From Octopus sinensis (taxonomy: Eukaryota): DNA of 64,000 nt. Made by a program: the position numbers and the translations under genes. The notes beneath the pieces are model-generated. The model was not told the origin of the DNA. It made no database searches and saw nothing but the letters and a program-made list of their open reading frames with translations. The stretch lies in assembly GCF_006345805.1 (NCBI RefSeq), contig NC_043020.1, forward strand, positions 16,926,001-16,990,000, in the 5' to 3' direction. Positions 12,053 through 24,884 of this stretch are shown piece by piece (the first letter of the stretch is position 1; each line of letters opens with the position of its first letter).

Positions 12053-12436
12053 GAGTTAATTTTTGGGCTCAAAAAGCAAGGTCATGTAGGGGAACATGGA
12101 GTTATGTACAGGGAGGGTGGTCATACAAAGAGTTCAGGCCATTTCTGACCAAGAGAGACTTTGAACCGAGCGGTCGTCGGCATCTTCACTATCTCGTCCA
12201 GCAGCTTATTCCACGGATCTGCAACCTGGACGGAGAAAGCCCCTCTCCTTCGATCGAGATGAAATCGTCGCAGATAGAGCTTTTCGGAGTGACCCCGCAG
12301 CCGACGCTCTGGAGCAGGAGTAAAGAACAGCTCTTTCGAGAGGTTACACTTTCTGCTTATGATGTTGTGAGCGAGAATGAGATCACCACGGCGTCATCGT
12401 TTTTCTAGAGAATAAAGGTCGAGCGTCTTCAGCCTT
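12053..12436 (-). mobile_element. CR1/L2-group LINE 3' fragment (near-identical to 37479-37900)
   Basis: The minus strand encodes LKTLDLYSLEKR..RGDLI...GAFSVQVADPWNKL. Confidence 0.8.
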
Positions 12437-12890
12437 AGTTTATCACATATAATATTGCCGTTATGATCTCATTATACCTATTGTTGACAGGTACCTTAAG
12501 ACAATGTAGGATAGAGTGCTTTGGTTAAAACATTGAAATGTCTGCTACAGATTTGAATATTCAACTGTCATGCTTCTATTTCTGCTTATCTGTGTTTTAG
12601 AGCTTTTTGGATGTGAGAGAATAATTGTATAGAACACATGCTTCCAAGTGACTTCAACATACATGTCTCACATCAATAGCTCCAAATTTAAAGTCACATT
12701 ATTATAACTATTCATTGTTAACAAAGGGAGCTTTTAATGTAATTATTTGATTGGCTAAGGTAGTGAGATGGCAGATTCATTAGTACACCAAGCAAAATGC
12801 TTACTGGCATTTCCTCTATCTTTACATTCATAAACATCATCATCATTATCATCGTCATGTGTCTGCCTTCCATGCTGGCATGGGTTAGAA

Positions 12891-15140
12891 CAGTTGTTCT
12901 CAAAATCCCTTAGGGGACCACGAGGGGATGCTGAAGTTTTGTAAAAACAAGTGGCTTGAGACAGTTAAGTTTTAAAATTTCAAGACTTTCAATTTTTTCA
13001 CACTATCATCCTTTTTTGTCATTGATCTCAAAACCCCATCCACTCCTACACACGCATTTGCTAATCACATTGTACAACAAATGTGATTGGCCGATGGAAA
13101 ATATGCAGGTGTAACAGTTGATTGTGCATATGCTGTCGGTATTCTACACTCACGGGATTTACCACTCCACTATTGCAATTCACAAATTTACATTTCTCTC
13201 ACCATCGTTATCCTCATTGGTGCATGTTTCCGCATGACCGTGCCCTTTGCCAGACACCCATTCTCATCCCACATAATAGCTGGGCTTTATAAGGCATGCT
13301 TGTTCTTATGGCAACGTCATCCAACAGAGCTGTCTTCTCAATGGTTATGAGTTCACAGAGGTTTATCTATGGACAAAACAATGCTCACATGCACTTTGGA
13401 TTTCTTCCACAATTAATAGTGAGAAGTAAGCTTCATTATCAATTAGTGTATCCTGTAGTAAATGACAAATGTGAAGTAAATATACAATGTAGTTATATTA
13501 AATTGGGTTACTGAATTTTATCTTTATTTTCTAATGCCTCCAAAAAATAAATGACGAATCTTATTTGAAATTCAGTTTTACTCTGATAAAGTCTGGCAGA
13601 GGAGGAAACCACAGTGTGTTTTGTGCTCTGAGGTTTTGGCGTCTGCTTCACTAAAGCCCAGCTCATTAAAGAGACACTTTGAAATGAAGCATCCCAGTTC
13701 AATAAATAGAGATGTCAACTTCTTTAGATGCAAAGCCGACAGATTGACCAGTCCAGACTTGTTAATACAGGAATGTTTTCACTGAACATTACAGCTACTT
13801 TCAAGGAAAATAGCTGTTGCTAAAAAGCCCCACAAAATTGGCAAAGAGTTGATATTGCCTTGCTGCATAGATATTGTATCGAATGTGTTGCAAAGTTCTG
13901 AACTTCAAAAGCCTAAGTATGTCTCTCTCTCTCTCTCTCAAACAATACTGTTAGCAGACGAATAACTGGGCTGTCTGATAACATTCTGTCACAATTGAAC
14001 TTTGAACTTTTTCATGATCCAGCTTGATGAAATGACAGGTGTTTCCAACTTAATCCAACTTTGCGTCTAAAGTGGACAAATGTTTTGAGGCACATGATAT
14101 CAACTGAGAGCATGTCATTGGTGTGTGCACCAACGGTGCTCCAGCAATGCTTGGTTGCCATTTCTGGTTTTCAGACTTTGGTGAAAGAAAATCCCACTGC
14201 ACAATTTATCAGCAAACACTAATGGTGAAAACCATACCTGATGAGTTAAAAAATATTCTGAATTACTTGATTACAGTGGTGAACTTCATCAAAGCGAATG
14301 CACTTAACTCCTGTCTATTTGCCGAGTTGTGCAAAGAAAGTGATTCTGAATTTGAGACGCTTCTGTTGCACTCACAAGTGAGATGGCTTTCAAGAGGGAA
14401 AACAATAAAGAGAGTCTTCCTTCTACAAAAAGAAGTCCACGATATTTTACAAGATGCTAAGTCTGATTGCACACCAAATTCTCCAATGTTTGTTTTCTGA
14501 TCTGCTTGGCATTTTTGGTGGTCATATTTGTAGTCACTGAATACCTTCAATTTTTCACTGCAAGGGAAAAGTGTAACCATGCTTCATTCTCATGAAAAGT
14601 TAACTGCTTTCAAAATGAAGTTGGATAGAAAGAACTTTACATCATTTCCTCAACTAAACATGTTTATTGATGGAAATGAGCTTCAAGTCAATGATAATAT
14701 TGTTGAACACATGAGGCAACATGTGTCAATACTTGGCAGAGAAATATTCTCTTTATTTTCCTGATCTTCATGATTTTGACAAACACTTCCGCTTTATCAG
14801 GAACCCTTTTGTACTCTGTTAGTGACCTGCCAACAGAAGACAATTTAATTCAAGTGCAGTTCATTGATCTGGTCAATGATCAAGGTGCAAAATGCTTTTT
14901 CTTTCATGAAATGTGCTGTTCTAACTTTTGGATTGAAATAGCACAGTCATATCTTGATGTTGCAAAGATGTCTCTTAAAGTACTGATGCCATTTCCAACC
15001 ACCCATGAGTGTGAGACTGCATTTTTCACTCTTTTTGCCATCAAAAGAAAGTCATGAAATCGATTGGATGTTACATCAGAAATGAGAGTTGCCCTCTCCA
15101 AAACAGAGCCAAACATAGAAGAGATGGTTCGCTTTTGTGA
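12891..15140 (+). mobile_element. Degenerate hAT Buster/Charlie (ZBED8/SCAND3-like) transposon
   Basis: Left TIR-like CAGTTGTTCTCAAA. Fragments include AKKPHKIGKELILP, LSNNTVSRRI, QLDE, CTNGAPAMLG, VRWLSRGK and FPTTHECETAF. There are many stops and frameshifts, and no right TIR was found. Confidence 0.85.
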
Positions 15141-16918
15141 ATAGATAATTTCTTATGTAATTTTTTTTGTTGTCATGTTATGTATCAGGGATTCAGGAAA
15201 AGGGATGGCAAACCTTCAGTGGAGGAGAAGACAGTGTTTCTACTAAAGTTATGGTTTTTCCATGCTTACTAGTGGTCCAATTGGCAGAAACTTCTGTACA
15301 TTTTGGAATGCTATTAAAATTCTTCTGCTGAAAATAGCTAAATTGGTTGAAATACACCTCGTGGATAATCACTATGAGGCATGACCTGACAATGGGGAGG
15401 AATACCATCACAAGCATGGTGAATGGGGAAGGTGATGCCAAAAGTTCAAGAACCATAGTTATGTATGTATATACACCATAGTTTTCAGTGTATGAACCAT
15501 GGTTTCTTTCTACAAAATGGGCATAAATGGGTCTTATGCAGTTGTTAATACCAGATGCTGAGGATATTTTCAGGCTGTTTTTATTCTTCATTTGTTTTGT
15601 AACCAGTTGATCAACTGATTCCCCATATTTTCATGTGTATTTATTGTATCTCAATGAGATATTGCATGGATTAAGTTGTGCGTGTATGGTTAGTGTGGTT
15701 GATAGTCTGGAAATTACGGTACACAAATGTATGTCATTTTTTCCATGTTAATTATCCAGCAATTAATAGGGAACTGCAGATCAACAGAAAAACTAAGAGG
15801 ACCAGCATGTAAAATTTTTTTGAAGAATTTGTGCACCACTGGCTTAATTTGACTGAAACGGATAAGCTAGAGAGGTGCACCAGGTTCCAATCTGATTTGG
15901 CATGGTTTCTACAGCTGGATGCCCTTCCCAATGCCAAACGCCCTTCTGAGTTCAAGTTCCACTGAAGTCAACTTTGGCTTTCATGCTTTTCAGGGTCAAT
16001 AAAATAAGTACCAGTTAAGCACCGGGGTCAATGTAATTGACTTACTCCTTCCCCTGAACTTGATGTGGTACTCAGATCTCCTTCATCAAACTCACTGCTT
16101 GGTATAATTCATAACTGTATGTATTTAAGAACTTTGTCAGCCATGTGGTTCTGTGTTCAATCCATTGTACTTTGGGCAAAATCTCATCTATTATTGCTTC
16201 ATCTTGTAAGTAGTGGAATTTGGTTGATTGAAATTGCAGGGAAGTCTATCATCATCATCATCATCATCGTTTAGCGTCCGTTTTCCATGCTGGCATGGGT
16301 TGGACGGTTCTACTGGGGTCTGTGAAGCCAGAAGGCTTCATCAGGCCCAGTCAAATCTGGCAGTGTTTCTACGGCTGGATGCCCTTCCTAACGCCAACCA
16401 CTCCGTGAGTGTAGTGGGTGCTTTTTACGTGCCACCCGCACTGGTGCCAGACAGAGCTGGCAAACGGCCACGAACGGATGGTGCTTTTTATGTGCCACCG
16501 GCACGAGGGCCAGGCGAGGCTGGCAACGGACACGAAACGGGGCGGTGCTGGCAACGGTCGCGAAACGGAAAGTTCTCTTACATGCCACCGGCACTGGTAA
16601 CACATCTGCAATTTCCATTGATCGATTTCCATTGATCGATTTCGATTCTGATCGTCACTTGCCTCAACGGGTCTTCACAAGCAGAGTTTTGACATGCCAC
16701 CGGCACTGGTAGCACATCCGCAATTTCCATTGATCGATTTCGATTCTGATATATTGATCGATTTCGATTCTGATATATTGATCGATTTCGATATATATAT
16801 ATATATATATGTGTATATATATTTTCTATTTTGGATATATTTGGGGTACTTAGGTCTGCTCAGGACTTGGTGTTTGCTTTTTCCGTGGGTATGAGTAAGT
16901 ACTTCACTTATATCTCGT

Positions 16919-16985
16919 GTATTTGCCGCTGAAGAGGGGAAAATTCTTATGAATTAACCCCGAAATTGGTCCAATACGGTAATAC
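16919..16985 (+). ncRNA. Type I hammerhead ribozyme motif
   Basis: Stem I gtatttgccg/cggtaatac; core CTGAAGA at 16929-16935; stem II GGGG/CCCC extended by AATTC/GAATT; GAAA at 16962-16965; stem III ATTG/CAAT; predicted cleavage after ATA at 16976. Confidence 0.7.
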
Positions 16986-17178
16986 CGAATTTTTTAGAAA
17001 TTTCTATCAGTTTGTTTTGAGACGCATAAATTATAATGGTTAATTGACAATTTTTGTCTTTTTTTCAGCATATTTGGCATTAGAATTTTTCTATTGCCCT
17101 TATATTGTAAATTATTTATAAATTTAACCTTTAAAGGTATTTTTTGATATGCTGGCCACTGATGAAATTTTTTTCCCG

Positions 17179-17209
<31 letters not shown>

Positions 17210-17240
17210 CCTACATTAGTTATATGTGCGTATATATATA

Positions 17241-17626
17241 TTACTCTTTTACTTGCCCCAGTCATTTGACTGCGGCCATGCCGGAGCACCGCCCCCAATC
17301 GAGCAACTCGACTCCGGGACTCACTCTTTTGTAAGCCCAGCACTTACTCTATCGGTCGCCTCCGCCGAGCCGCCAAGCAACGGGGACACAAACACACCAG
17401 CACCGGCCGTCAAGCAATGCCAGGGGGACAAACACAGACACACACACACACATACATATACACGACAGGCTTCTTTCAGTTTCCGTCTACCAAATCCACC
17501 CACAAGGCATTGGTCGGCCCGGGGCTATAGCAGAAGACACTTGCCCAAGGTGCCACGCAGTGGGACTGAACCCGGAACCACGTGGCCGGCAAACAAGCCA
17601 CCCACCCACCACACAGCCACTCCTGC

Positions 17627-17630
<4 letters not shown>
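17241..17630 (-). mobile_element. SINE family A (tRNA-type head, CORE-like gcaccttgggcaagtg segment, internal microsatellite), T>C hypermutated copy
   Basis: Aligns full length to the copies at 28135, 39395 and 60874. Confidence 0.9.
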
Positions 17631-17691
<61 letters not shown>

Positions 17692-17941
17692 AGTAAAGGT
17701 AAGATCCAAGGATCAATGTGTAAGCTTTGAACAGCCTATAGAAGGTATAAAAACAACTTTCAGGAACAATCATTATTTATTGACATAGAAGGTTGCAAGT
17801 TTTTCCAATATTGAGGTTCAATACACTGAATAACTTGTTTTATAGCCTACAGCTAGCAGCAGGTGTTGGTGTGCATGCGAATAGAAATCCAAGTTAACAT
17901 GGGATCCCTTCATAATGATGTTTACTTCTTTTGATTAAGGT

Positions 17942-18036
17942 ATCTTTGGCCTGACAAGTAGCTAGCGGATTACCCTTTGCTTGGATAATTACTACTTCCG
18001 GGGTTCTGCTAGCTATGAAACATATGTAGCCTTGAT
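17942..18036 (+). ncRNA. Degenerate minimal hammerhead motif (G8>A)
   Basis: Reads ggc-CTGACAA, then a long stem II (gtagctagcgga/tctgctagctat), then GAAA-CATAT-GTA-gcc. Stem III is the palindrome ACATATGT. Confidence 0.45.
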
Positions 18037-18063
18037 TTTATCTACATCATTCCCTAACTTTGG

Positions 18064-18067
<4 letters not shown>

Positions 18068-18124
<57 letters not shown>

Positions 18125-20140
18125 AAGGCTAGTGATGGGAGCGATGACCTCCCTTGCAAATGTTATATGGATACAAACTGTGTTCGATAGCCAGCTGGAA
18201 AAAATGTTTCCCTGGGGTTATAACAACAGTAATATCATCCTGTATAGGACTGCCAAATTCTGTTGGCATATTTTTGTATTCTTATTCATGTTATCATTAT
18301 TGTTTTTACGTATTTTTGTATTCTTATTCATGTTATCATTATTGTTTTTACGTATTTTTGTATTCTTATTCGTGTAACATTGTCCGTTTTTCCGTCCTTG
18401 TTTTGTATACATTCGAGGCTTTCTTCCAAGGAATCTAATGTGCTTGGCTTAGATTTTCCTTTGGGGCTGGCCAGATCGGAGCAATCTCAAGATTAATCAG
18501 CTGAAATTGTGAGGATGATCCGGTTCTTGACTGAAGATTGAAGGCTTTGAATGTCCCGTTCGTGTTTTTTGTATCATCTTCTAAATGTTTTGCGTCCAGT
18601 TTGTATTTTTCTACATATATATATATAGACACATAAGTGTGTGACAGTGTGTGTACACTTATACAGCAGGTTTCACAATGTTTTTGTCCACCAAATCTCC
18701 TTATAAGGTATTGGTTGGCCCAGAGCTATTGTAGAAGATACTTGCCCAAGGTGTTGCTCAGTGGGATTGAACCTAAAAACACATGGTTGAGAAGTAAACT
18801 TTATAACCACACAGTCATGCTTTTGTTCTTTAATATCTCGCACTAAGGCCTTGACATTGGATAAATAATTTTGCAAATGCAATGCAAAGTTGCAGATACC
18901 AAAATATTGTTGCTCATGAAAACACAGACTGAACGTTTGTGATTTATTAATGGTTTTTGTAAATGCCAGAATTAGAGGAAATTACTTTGCATAGTGAATG
19001 GTAATATTGAGTCAGAAGACTCTAAACAAATTCAAAGAAAATATACACATGTATATAAAAAAAAAAAAAAAAAAAAACTAAACCATAGTGCACCTTTAAT
19101 GTTCCTCATAATAATTTTTTTATAATCAATGAAATTCCTCTGAATGAAACAAGTCTGTAACTGAAATCACCAGAACTTGTTCCATTCATTAAACCATTTT
19201 TTGAAAAAAATTCAAGCTTCTCAGTAATATAATAAAAGCTTCAGTTATGATTCTATGCCGAAGGCAGTTAGAAATGTGTTTCAAGATATTACTCTCCTCT
19301 CCAGTATTCCTCTCCTATCGCAGGAGTGGCTGTGTGGTAAGTAGCTCGCTAACCAACCACATGGTTCCGGGCTCAGTCCCACCGCGTGGCACCCTGGGCA
19401 AGTGTCCTCCGCTATAGCCCCGGGCCGACCAATGCCCCGTGAGTGGATCTGGCAGATGGAAACTGAAAGAAGCCCGTCGTATATATGTATATATATATAT
19501 GTGTATGTGTGTGTGTTTGTCCCCCCAGCATCGCCCGACAACCGATGCTGGCGCGTTTACGTCCCCGTCACTTAGCGGTTCGGCAAAAGAGACCGATAGA
19601 ATAAGTACTGGGCTTACAAAGAACAAGTCCCGGGGCCGATTCGCTCGACCAAAGGCGGTGCTCCAACATGGCCGCAGCCAAATGACTGAAACAAGTAAAA
19701 GAGAGTATCACCCTCTCTTTCTCCATTACGCTGCTTGTACTGATTCTATTCAATCTAATTACCAACAACCATCAGGTAGCTCCCCCTCTCTCTCTCCCCA
19801 CCTCTCACTAAACTAAGTTTAACCCACCCACTTTATATAACGGATAAAGATCCTTACCCAAGTCACATAGACTCAAAAGGGCCAGTTTCATGGTTTCTGT
19901 GGTATATATATTCCCCACCTGGACAGGATGCCAGTCCATCGAAGGATTATTCTTTTATTTGTTTCAGTTACTTGACTGTGGCCATGCCGGAGCACCGCCC
20001 TCAGTTGAGCAAATCAACCCCAAGACCCATTCCTTGTAAGCCCAGTACTTAAAGACGGGGACGTAAACACACCAGCATCGGCCGCCAAGCGATGCCGGGG
20101 GAACAAACACAAACACACAAACATATACATACACACACAC

Positions 20141-20193
<53 letters not shown>

Positions 20194-22163
20194 AAGGCTA
20201 GTGATGGGAGCGATGACCTCCCTTGCAAATGTTATATGGATACAAACTGTGTTTCGATAGCCAGCTGGAAAAAATGTTTCCCTGGGGTTATAACAACAGT
20301 AATATCATCCTGTATAGGACTGCCAAATTCTGTTGGCATATTTTTGTATTCTTATTCATGTTATCATTATTGTTTTTACGTATTTTTGTATTCTTATTCG
20401 TGTAACATTGTCCGTTTTTCCGTCCTTGTTTTGTATACATTCGAGGCTTTCTTCCAAGGAATCTAATGCGCTTGGCTTAGATTTTCCTTTGGGGCTGGCC
20501 AGATCGGAGCAATCTCAAGATTAATCAGCTGAAATTGTGAGGATGATCCGGTTCTTGACTGAAGATTGAAGGCTTTGAATGTCCCGTTCGTGTTTTTTGT
20601 ATCATCTTCTAAATGTTTTGCGTCCCAGTTTGTATTTTTCTACATATATATATATAGACACATAAGTGTGTGACAGTGTGTGTACACTTATACAGCAGGT
20701 TTCACAATGTTTTTGTCCACCAAATCTCCTTATAAGGTATTGGTTGGCCCAGAGCTATTGTAGAAGATACTTGCCCAAGGTGTTGCTCAGTGGGATTGAA
20801 CCTAAAAACACATGGTTGAGAAGTAAACTTTATAACCACACAGTCATGCTTTTGTTCTTTAATATCTCGCACTAAGGCCTTGACATTGGATAAATAATTT
20901 TGCAAATGCAATGCAAAGTTGCAGATACCAAAATATTGTTGCTCATGAAAACACAGACTGAACGTTTGTGATTTATTAATGGTTTTTGTAAATGCCAGAA
21001 TTAGAGGAAATTACTTTGCATAGTGAATGGTAATATTGAGTCAGAAGACTCTAAACAAATTCAAAGAAAATATACACATGTATATAAAAAAAAAAAAAAA
21101 AACTAAACCATAGTGCACCTTTAATGTTCCTCATAATAATTTTTTTATAATCAATGAAATTCCTCTGAATGAAACAAGTCTGTAACTGAAATCACCAGAA
21201 CTTGTTCCATTCATTAAACCATTTTTTGAAAAAAATTCAAGCTTCTCAGTAATATAATAAAAGCTTTAGTTATGATTCTATGCCGAAGGCAGTTAGAAAT
21301 GTGTTTCAAGATATTACTCTCCTCTCCAGTATTCCTCTCCTATCGCAGGAGTGGCTGTGTGGTAAGTAGCTCGCTAACCAACCACATGGTTCCGGGCTCA
21401 GTCCCACCGCGTGGCACCCTGGGCAAGTGTCCTCCGCTATAGCCCCGGGCCGACCAATGCCCCGTGAGTGGATCTGGCAGATGGAAACTGAAAGAAGCCC
21501 GTCGTATATATGTATATATATATGTGTATGTGTGTGTGTTTGTCCCCCCAGCATCGCCCGACAACCGATGCTGGCGCGTTTACGTCCCCGTCACTTAGCG
21601 GTTCGGCAAAAGAGACCGATAGAATAAGTACTGGGCTTACAAAGAACAAGTCCCGGGGCCGATTCGCTCGACCAAAGGCGGTGCTCCAACATGGCCGCAG
21701 CCAAATGACTGAAACAAGTAAAAGAGAGTATCACCCTCTCTTTCTCCATTACGCTGCTTGTACTGATTCTATTCAATCTAATTACCAACAACCATCAGGT
21801 AGCTCCCCCTCTCTCTCTCCCCACCTCTCACTAAACTAAGTTTAACCCACCCACTTTATATAACGGATAAAGATCCTTACCCAAGTCACATAGACTCAAA
21901 AGGGCCAGTTTCATGGTTTCTGTGGTATATATATTCCCCACCTGGACAGGATGCCAGTCCATCGAAGGATTATTCTTTTATTTGTTTCAGTTACTTGACT
22001 GTGGCCATGCCGGAGCACCGCCCTCAGTTGAGCAAATCAACCCCAAGACCCATTCCTTGTAAGCCCAGTACTTAAAGACGGGGACGTAAACACACCAGCA
22101 TCGGCCGCCAAGCGATGCCGGGGGAACAAACACAAACACACAAACATATACATACACACACAC

Positions 22164-22217
<54 letters not shown>

Positions 22218-22221
22218 TCAT

Positions 22222-22250
<29 letters not shown>
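18068..22250. repeat. Tandem duplication, ~2.03-2.07 kb unit (approx 18068-20160 and 20160-22250)
   Basis: Identical ORFs recur at offsets of 2023-2029 nt (18637/20666, 19568/21591). The junctions lie in (TA)n tracts. Confidence 0.95.
19320..19706 (+). mobile_element. SINE family A, T>C hypermutated copy (duplicate at 21346-21729)
   Basis: Full-length match to the family, in the opposite orientation to 17241 and 21978. Confidence 0.9.
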
Positions 22251-22252
<2 letters not shown>

Positions 22253-22415
22253 GAACAGGCTTCTTTCTGCTTCCGTCCACCAAATCCACTCACAAGGCCC
22301 TGGTCGGCCTGAGACTATAGCAGAAGACACCTGCCCAAGGTGCCACGCAGTGGGACCGAACCCGGAACCACGTGGTTGGCAAGAAAACTACTTACCACAC
22401 AGCCACTCCTGTGCC
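21978..22415 (-). mobile_element. SINE family A copy (its 3' half duplicated at 19955-20150)
   Basis: Matches the family, with an internal deletion and T>C changes. Confidence 0.85.
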
Positions 22416-24360
22416 TATTACTCATTTTTGCTAGCTAAGTGGGCTGAAGCAACATAAAACGAAGTGTTTTGTTGAAAAACACAAATGTGTTGCCTGATCC
22501 AGGAATCAAAACCACAATCTTATAATCCTGAGTCCAACACCCTAAAATATTCCAGCACTTTCCACTTTCTTTCCAAGCTTAGCTTTGATGATCACTTCTA
22601 CTTTCACCCACTAACGACCCCTTATTAGTTGACTAACATTTTGAGATTACTCTGCCAACAGAAAGACATAGTCCACACCCTTAACTGTTTGGCGTTTAAA
22701 CTGGCCGTATGTAGCCCTAATATTCTACCCGTTTTATTTTCAGACTGGCCTCTCAAACCTATCTCACAATGTTATTCTGAAAATAAACAATAACATTACT
22801 GGAATCCCCAAGTCACAAGATAAAGCAGGATTAATTCAGAAGAATATGAATAAATAAGCATTACATTTGACAGATTAATTTGAATGTTAACCCTTTTGTT
22901 ACCAACCCGGCTGAAACCGGCTTTGGCTCTGTAGTACAAATGTTTTGTTTTCATAAGTTTTGAATTAAAATCTTCCACCAAACTTAGTCATAATTTATGA
23001 TCCTCACACTAGCTTAATGGTAACGAAGTTATGTTACTAAAAATCTTTGTTATATTTAAAGTAATTAAAAGAAACACAGAGCATCTCAAAATAAATACAG
23101 TAATGAAAGGGTTAAAGGATTAACAATTCTCCTTTGAAACCGTTTAACTCTTTGCACATCTTGAACACCATCACGCTAGGCAATCTACAAATAGGCATTG
23201 GTCTATCCATTACACTGTACCGCCTACCCCCACTCACTACATTAAGAATCCTATTGACCACCCTTATGTCTCAAACAGGTTTTCTAGTTAACTCTCTCTA
23301 CCCCTCTCTCTCCCCTTCATTTTTTGTTATTCACTCATTCTCATTTAATTGTATATATTTTAATTGTTTGTTTATTCATATGTTTCGTCTCATTTGATAC
23401 CCTGACCCCAATGTTTGTTTTGTCCTCTCTTTTTCTCAACCTTATGGTGAATAAAGAAATACTCTCTCTCTCTCTCTCTCACTGCCCCCATTTCCAATTC
23501 TTGTAAATAGTTAAACTCATAAACTTGTAACCACACTTAGAAGAAACGACCCTTGGTTAAAAATTATATGTCGTAATAAACTGATTTTTTTATAAGATAT
23601 AACAAAATAAATATTTAACTCTACAATTTGTATTGAGATCTCTATCAGATAATGATTCAACTGGCGTTAACGCATCTCTAAACACGTTAACCACCTATGC
23701 ATAAAACACATAGAATAAGAAATAGAAAGTCCTTGGAACAGTATTATATATTTTTGAAAGAAATAGAAACGGCTTTCCTGTTAATTTTTCTACTTAAAAA
23801 AATTAGATGTTTATAAAATCATTAGGTCATATATACCAATTTCTCATTGAAGACATAAGTCTGCAATGAGAAAATGGTTACACTTATAAATGAATGTTCA
23901 CCACTTTCAACTGAATTACCAACTTACTGAATGTAAGTGGCTGAGTATTCCATAGACATCGTCATTATCATTTTAATTTCCATTTGTCCATGCTTACATG
24001 AGCTGGATGGAGTTTATTGAGGAAGATTTTCTATGGCTATTCCTGTCCCCAACTGACATCTGCTTCCAAGCAAGGTGACATGGTTAGTCATATTTTTCAT
24101 AGAATATTGGAGTAGATTACACTGCTTGTATGACAGTGATACTCATTTACAACTATCATATGACGGCAAAACAAGGCGACATAAACATACAAACACTCGC
24201 ACATGCATATGCACATTTTTATATACATAAGAACTCCAAAGGAAATAACATTAAAGTAACAGGTTTTTTTTTTTTCTGAGTGAGTAGAATTAGTTTCAGT
24301 TAGGATTGAACCCATCGTGATTTACAACTGCTCTTCACTCTAACCCTACTTCTCTTGCAG

Positions 24361-24449
24361 GTTATCTATTGTTACCAGTTAACCCAGCTGAGAATGGAAA
24401 CAGTTTCTTAATGACAGTACCAATGACCAATGGAAATGTCAAACAGCAG
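24361..24449 (+). CDS. ZXDC: ZXDC-like coding exon 2 (GYLLLPVNPAENGNSFLMTVPMTNGNVKQQ)
   Basis: Acceptor tctcttgcag and donor CAG|gttagt. It is phase 1 in and phase 0 out, which exactly bridges exon 1 and exon 3 without a stop. Confidence 0.8.
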
Positions 24450-24884
24450 GTTAGTGTTCCTCTCTTACCATGATGTCGTCATTGTCATCATCAACATTTT
24501 AACATCACATTTTTCATACTTGAAGGGGTCAGAAGAGACTTTGTTGTGGCATAATTTTCTTTGCCTGGATTCCCTCCCTGTTGCCAACCTTCACCTATTT
24601 CCAAACAATGTAATAATCATTTGTCCCCTCGCTCCTCCAGTCTGTAGAACAATGAACAGCCTAGGCATGTTTTTTTCTAAGTACTTCAAGTAAACAACAC
24701 TATTGATGGTGAGGCTTTTGTTTACACTCTGTGCACTCGTGTCAAGAAGCCCAGACATGCTTTTCAATGGACTGCAAGCAAACATCACCATTTGTATGAA
24801 TGATGAGGCTTTTGTTTACAATCAGTATTCACATGTCAAATTGAGGGGGAATGCGACAATGAAGAAATTATTATTGCTATTTAA

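Noticed and set aside
14123-15057. Domesticated ZBED8/SCAND3-like gene
   Set aside because: It has multiple stops and frameshifts and the catalytic DG is changed to NG, so it is a dead transposon.
15193-15591. 132 aa minus-strand ORF
   Set aside because: It has no recognisable motif or splice context and is possibly a decayed LINE piece that I cannot assign.
16580-16792. Local 24 bp repeats and a ~50 bp duplication
   Set aside because: They are slippage within a family B 3' UTR copy, with no sign of independent function.
18525-18560. CTGAAGA motif as another hammerhead (also ~20559)
   Set aside because: There is no GAAA after a convincing stem II and no stem I/III pairing.
19320-19395. tRNA gene at SINE heads (families A and C)
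   Set aside because: A/B-box-like motifs are present, but they run into SINE bodies and I could not fold a full cloverleaf.
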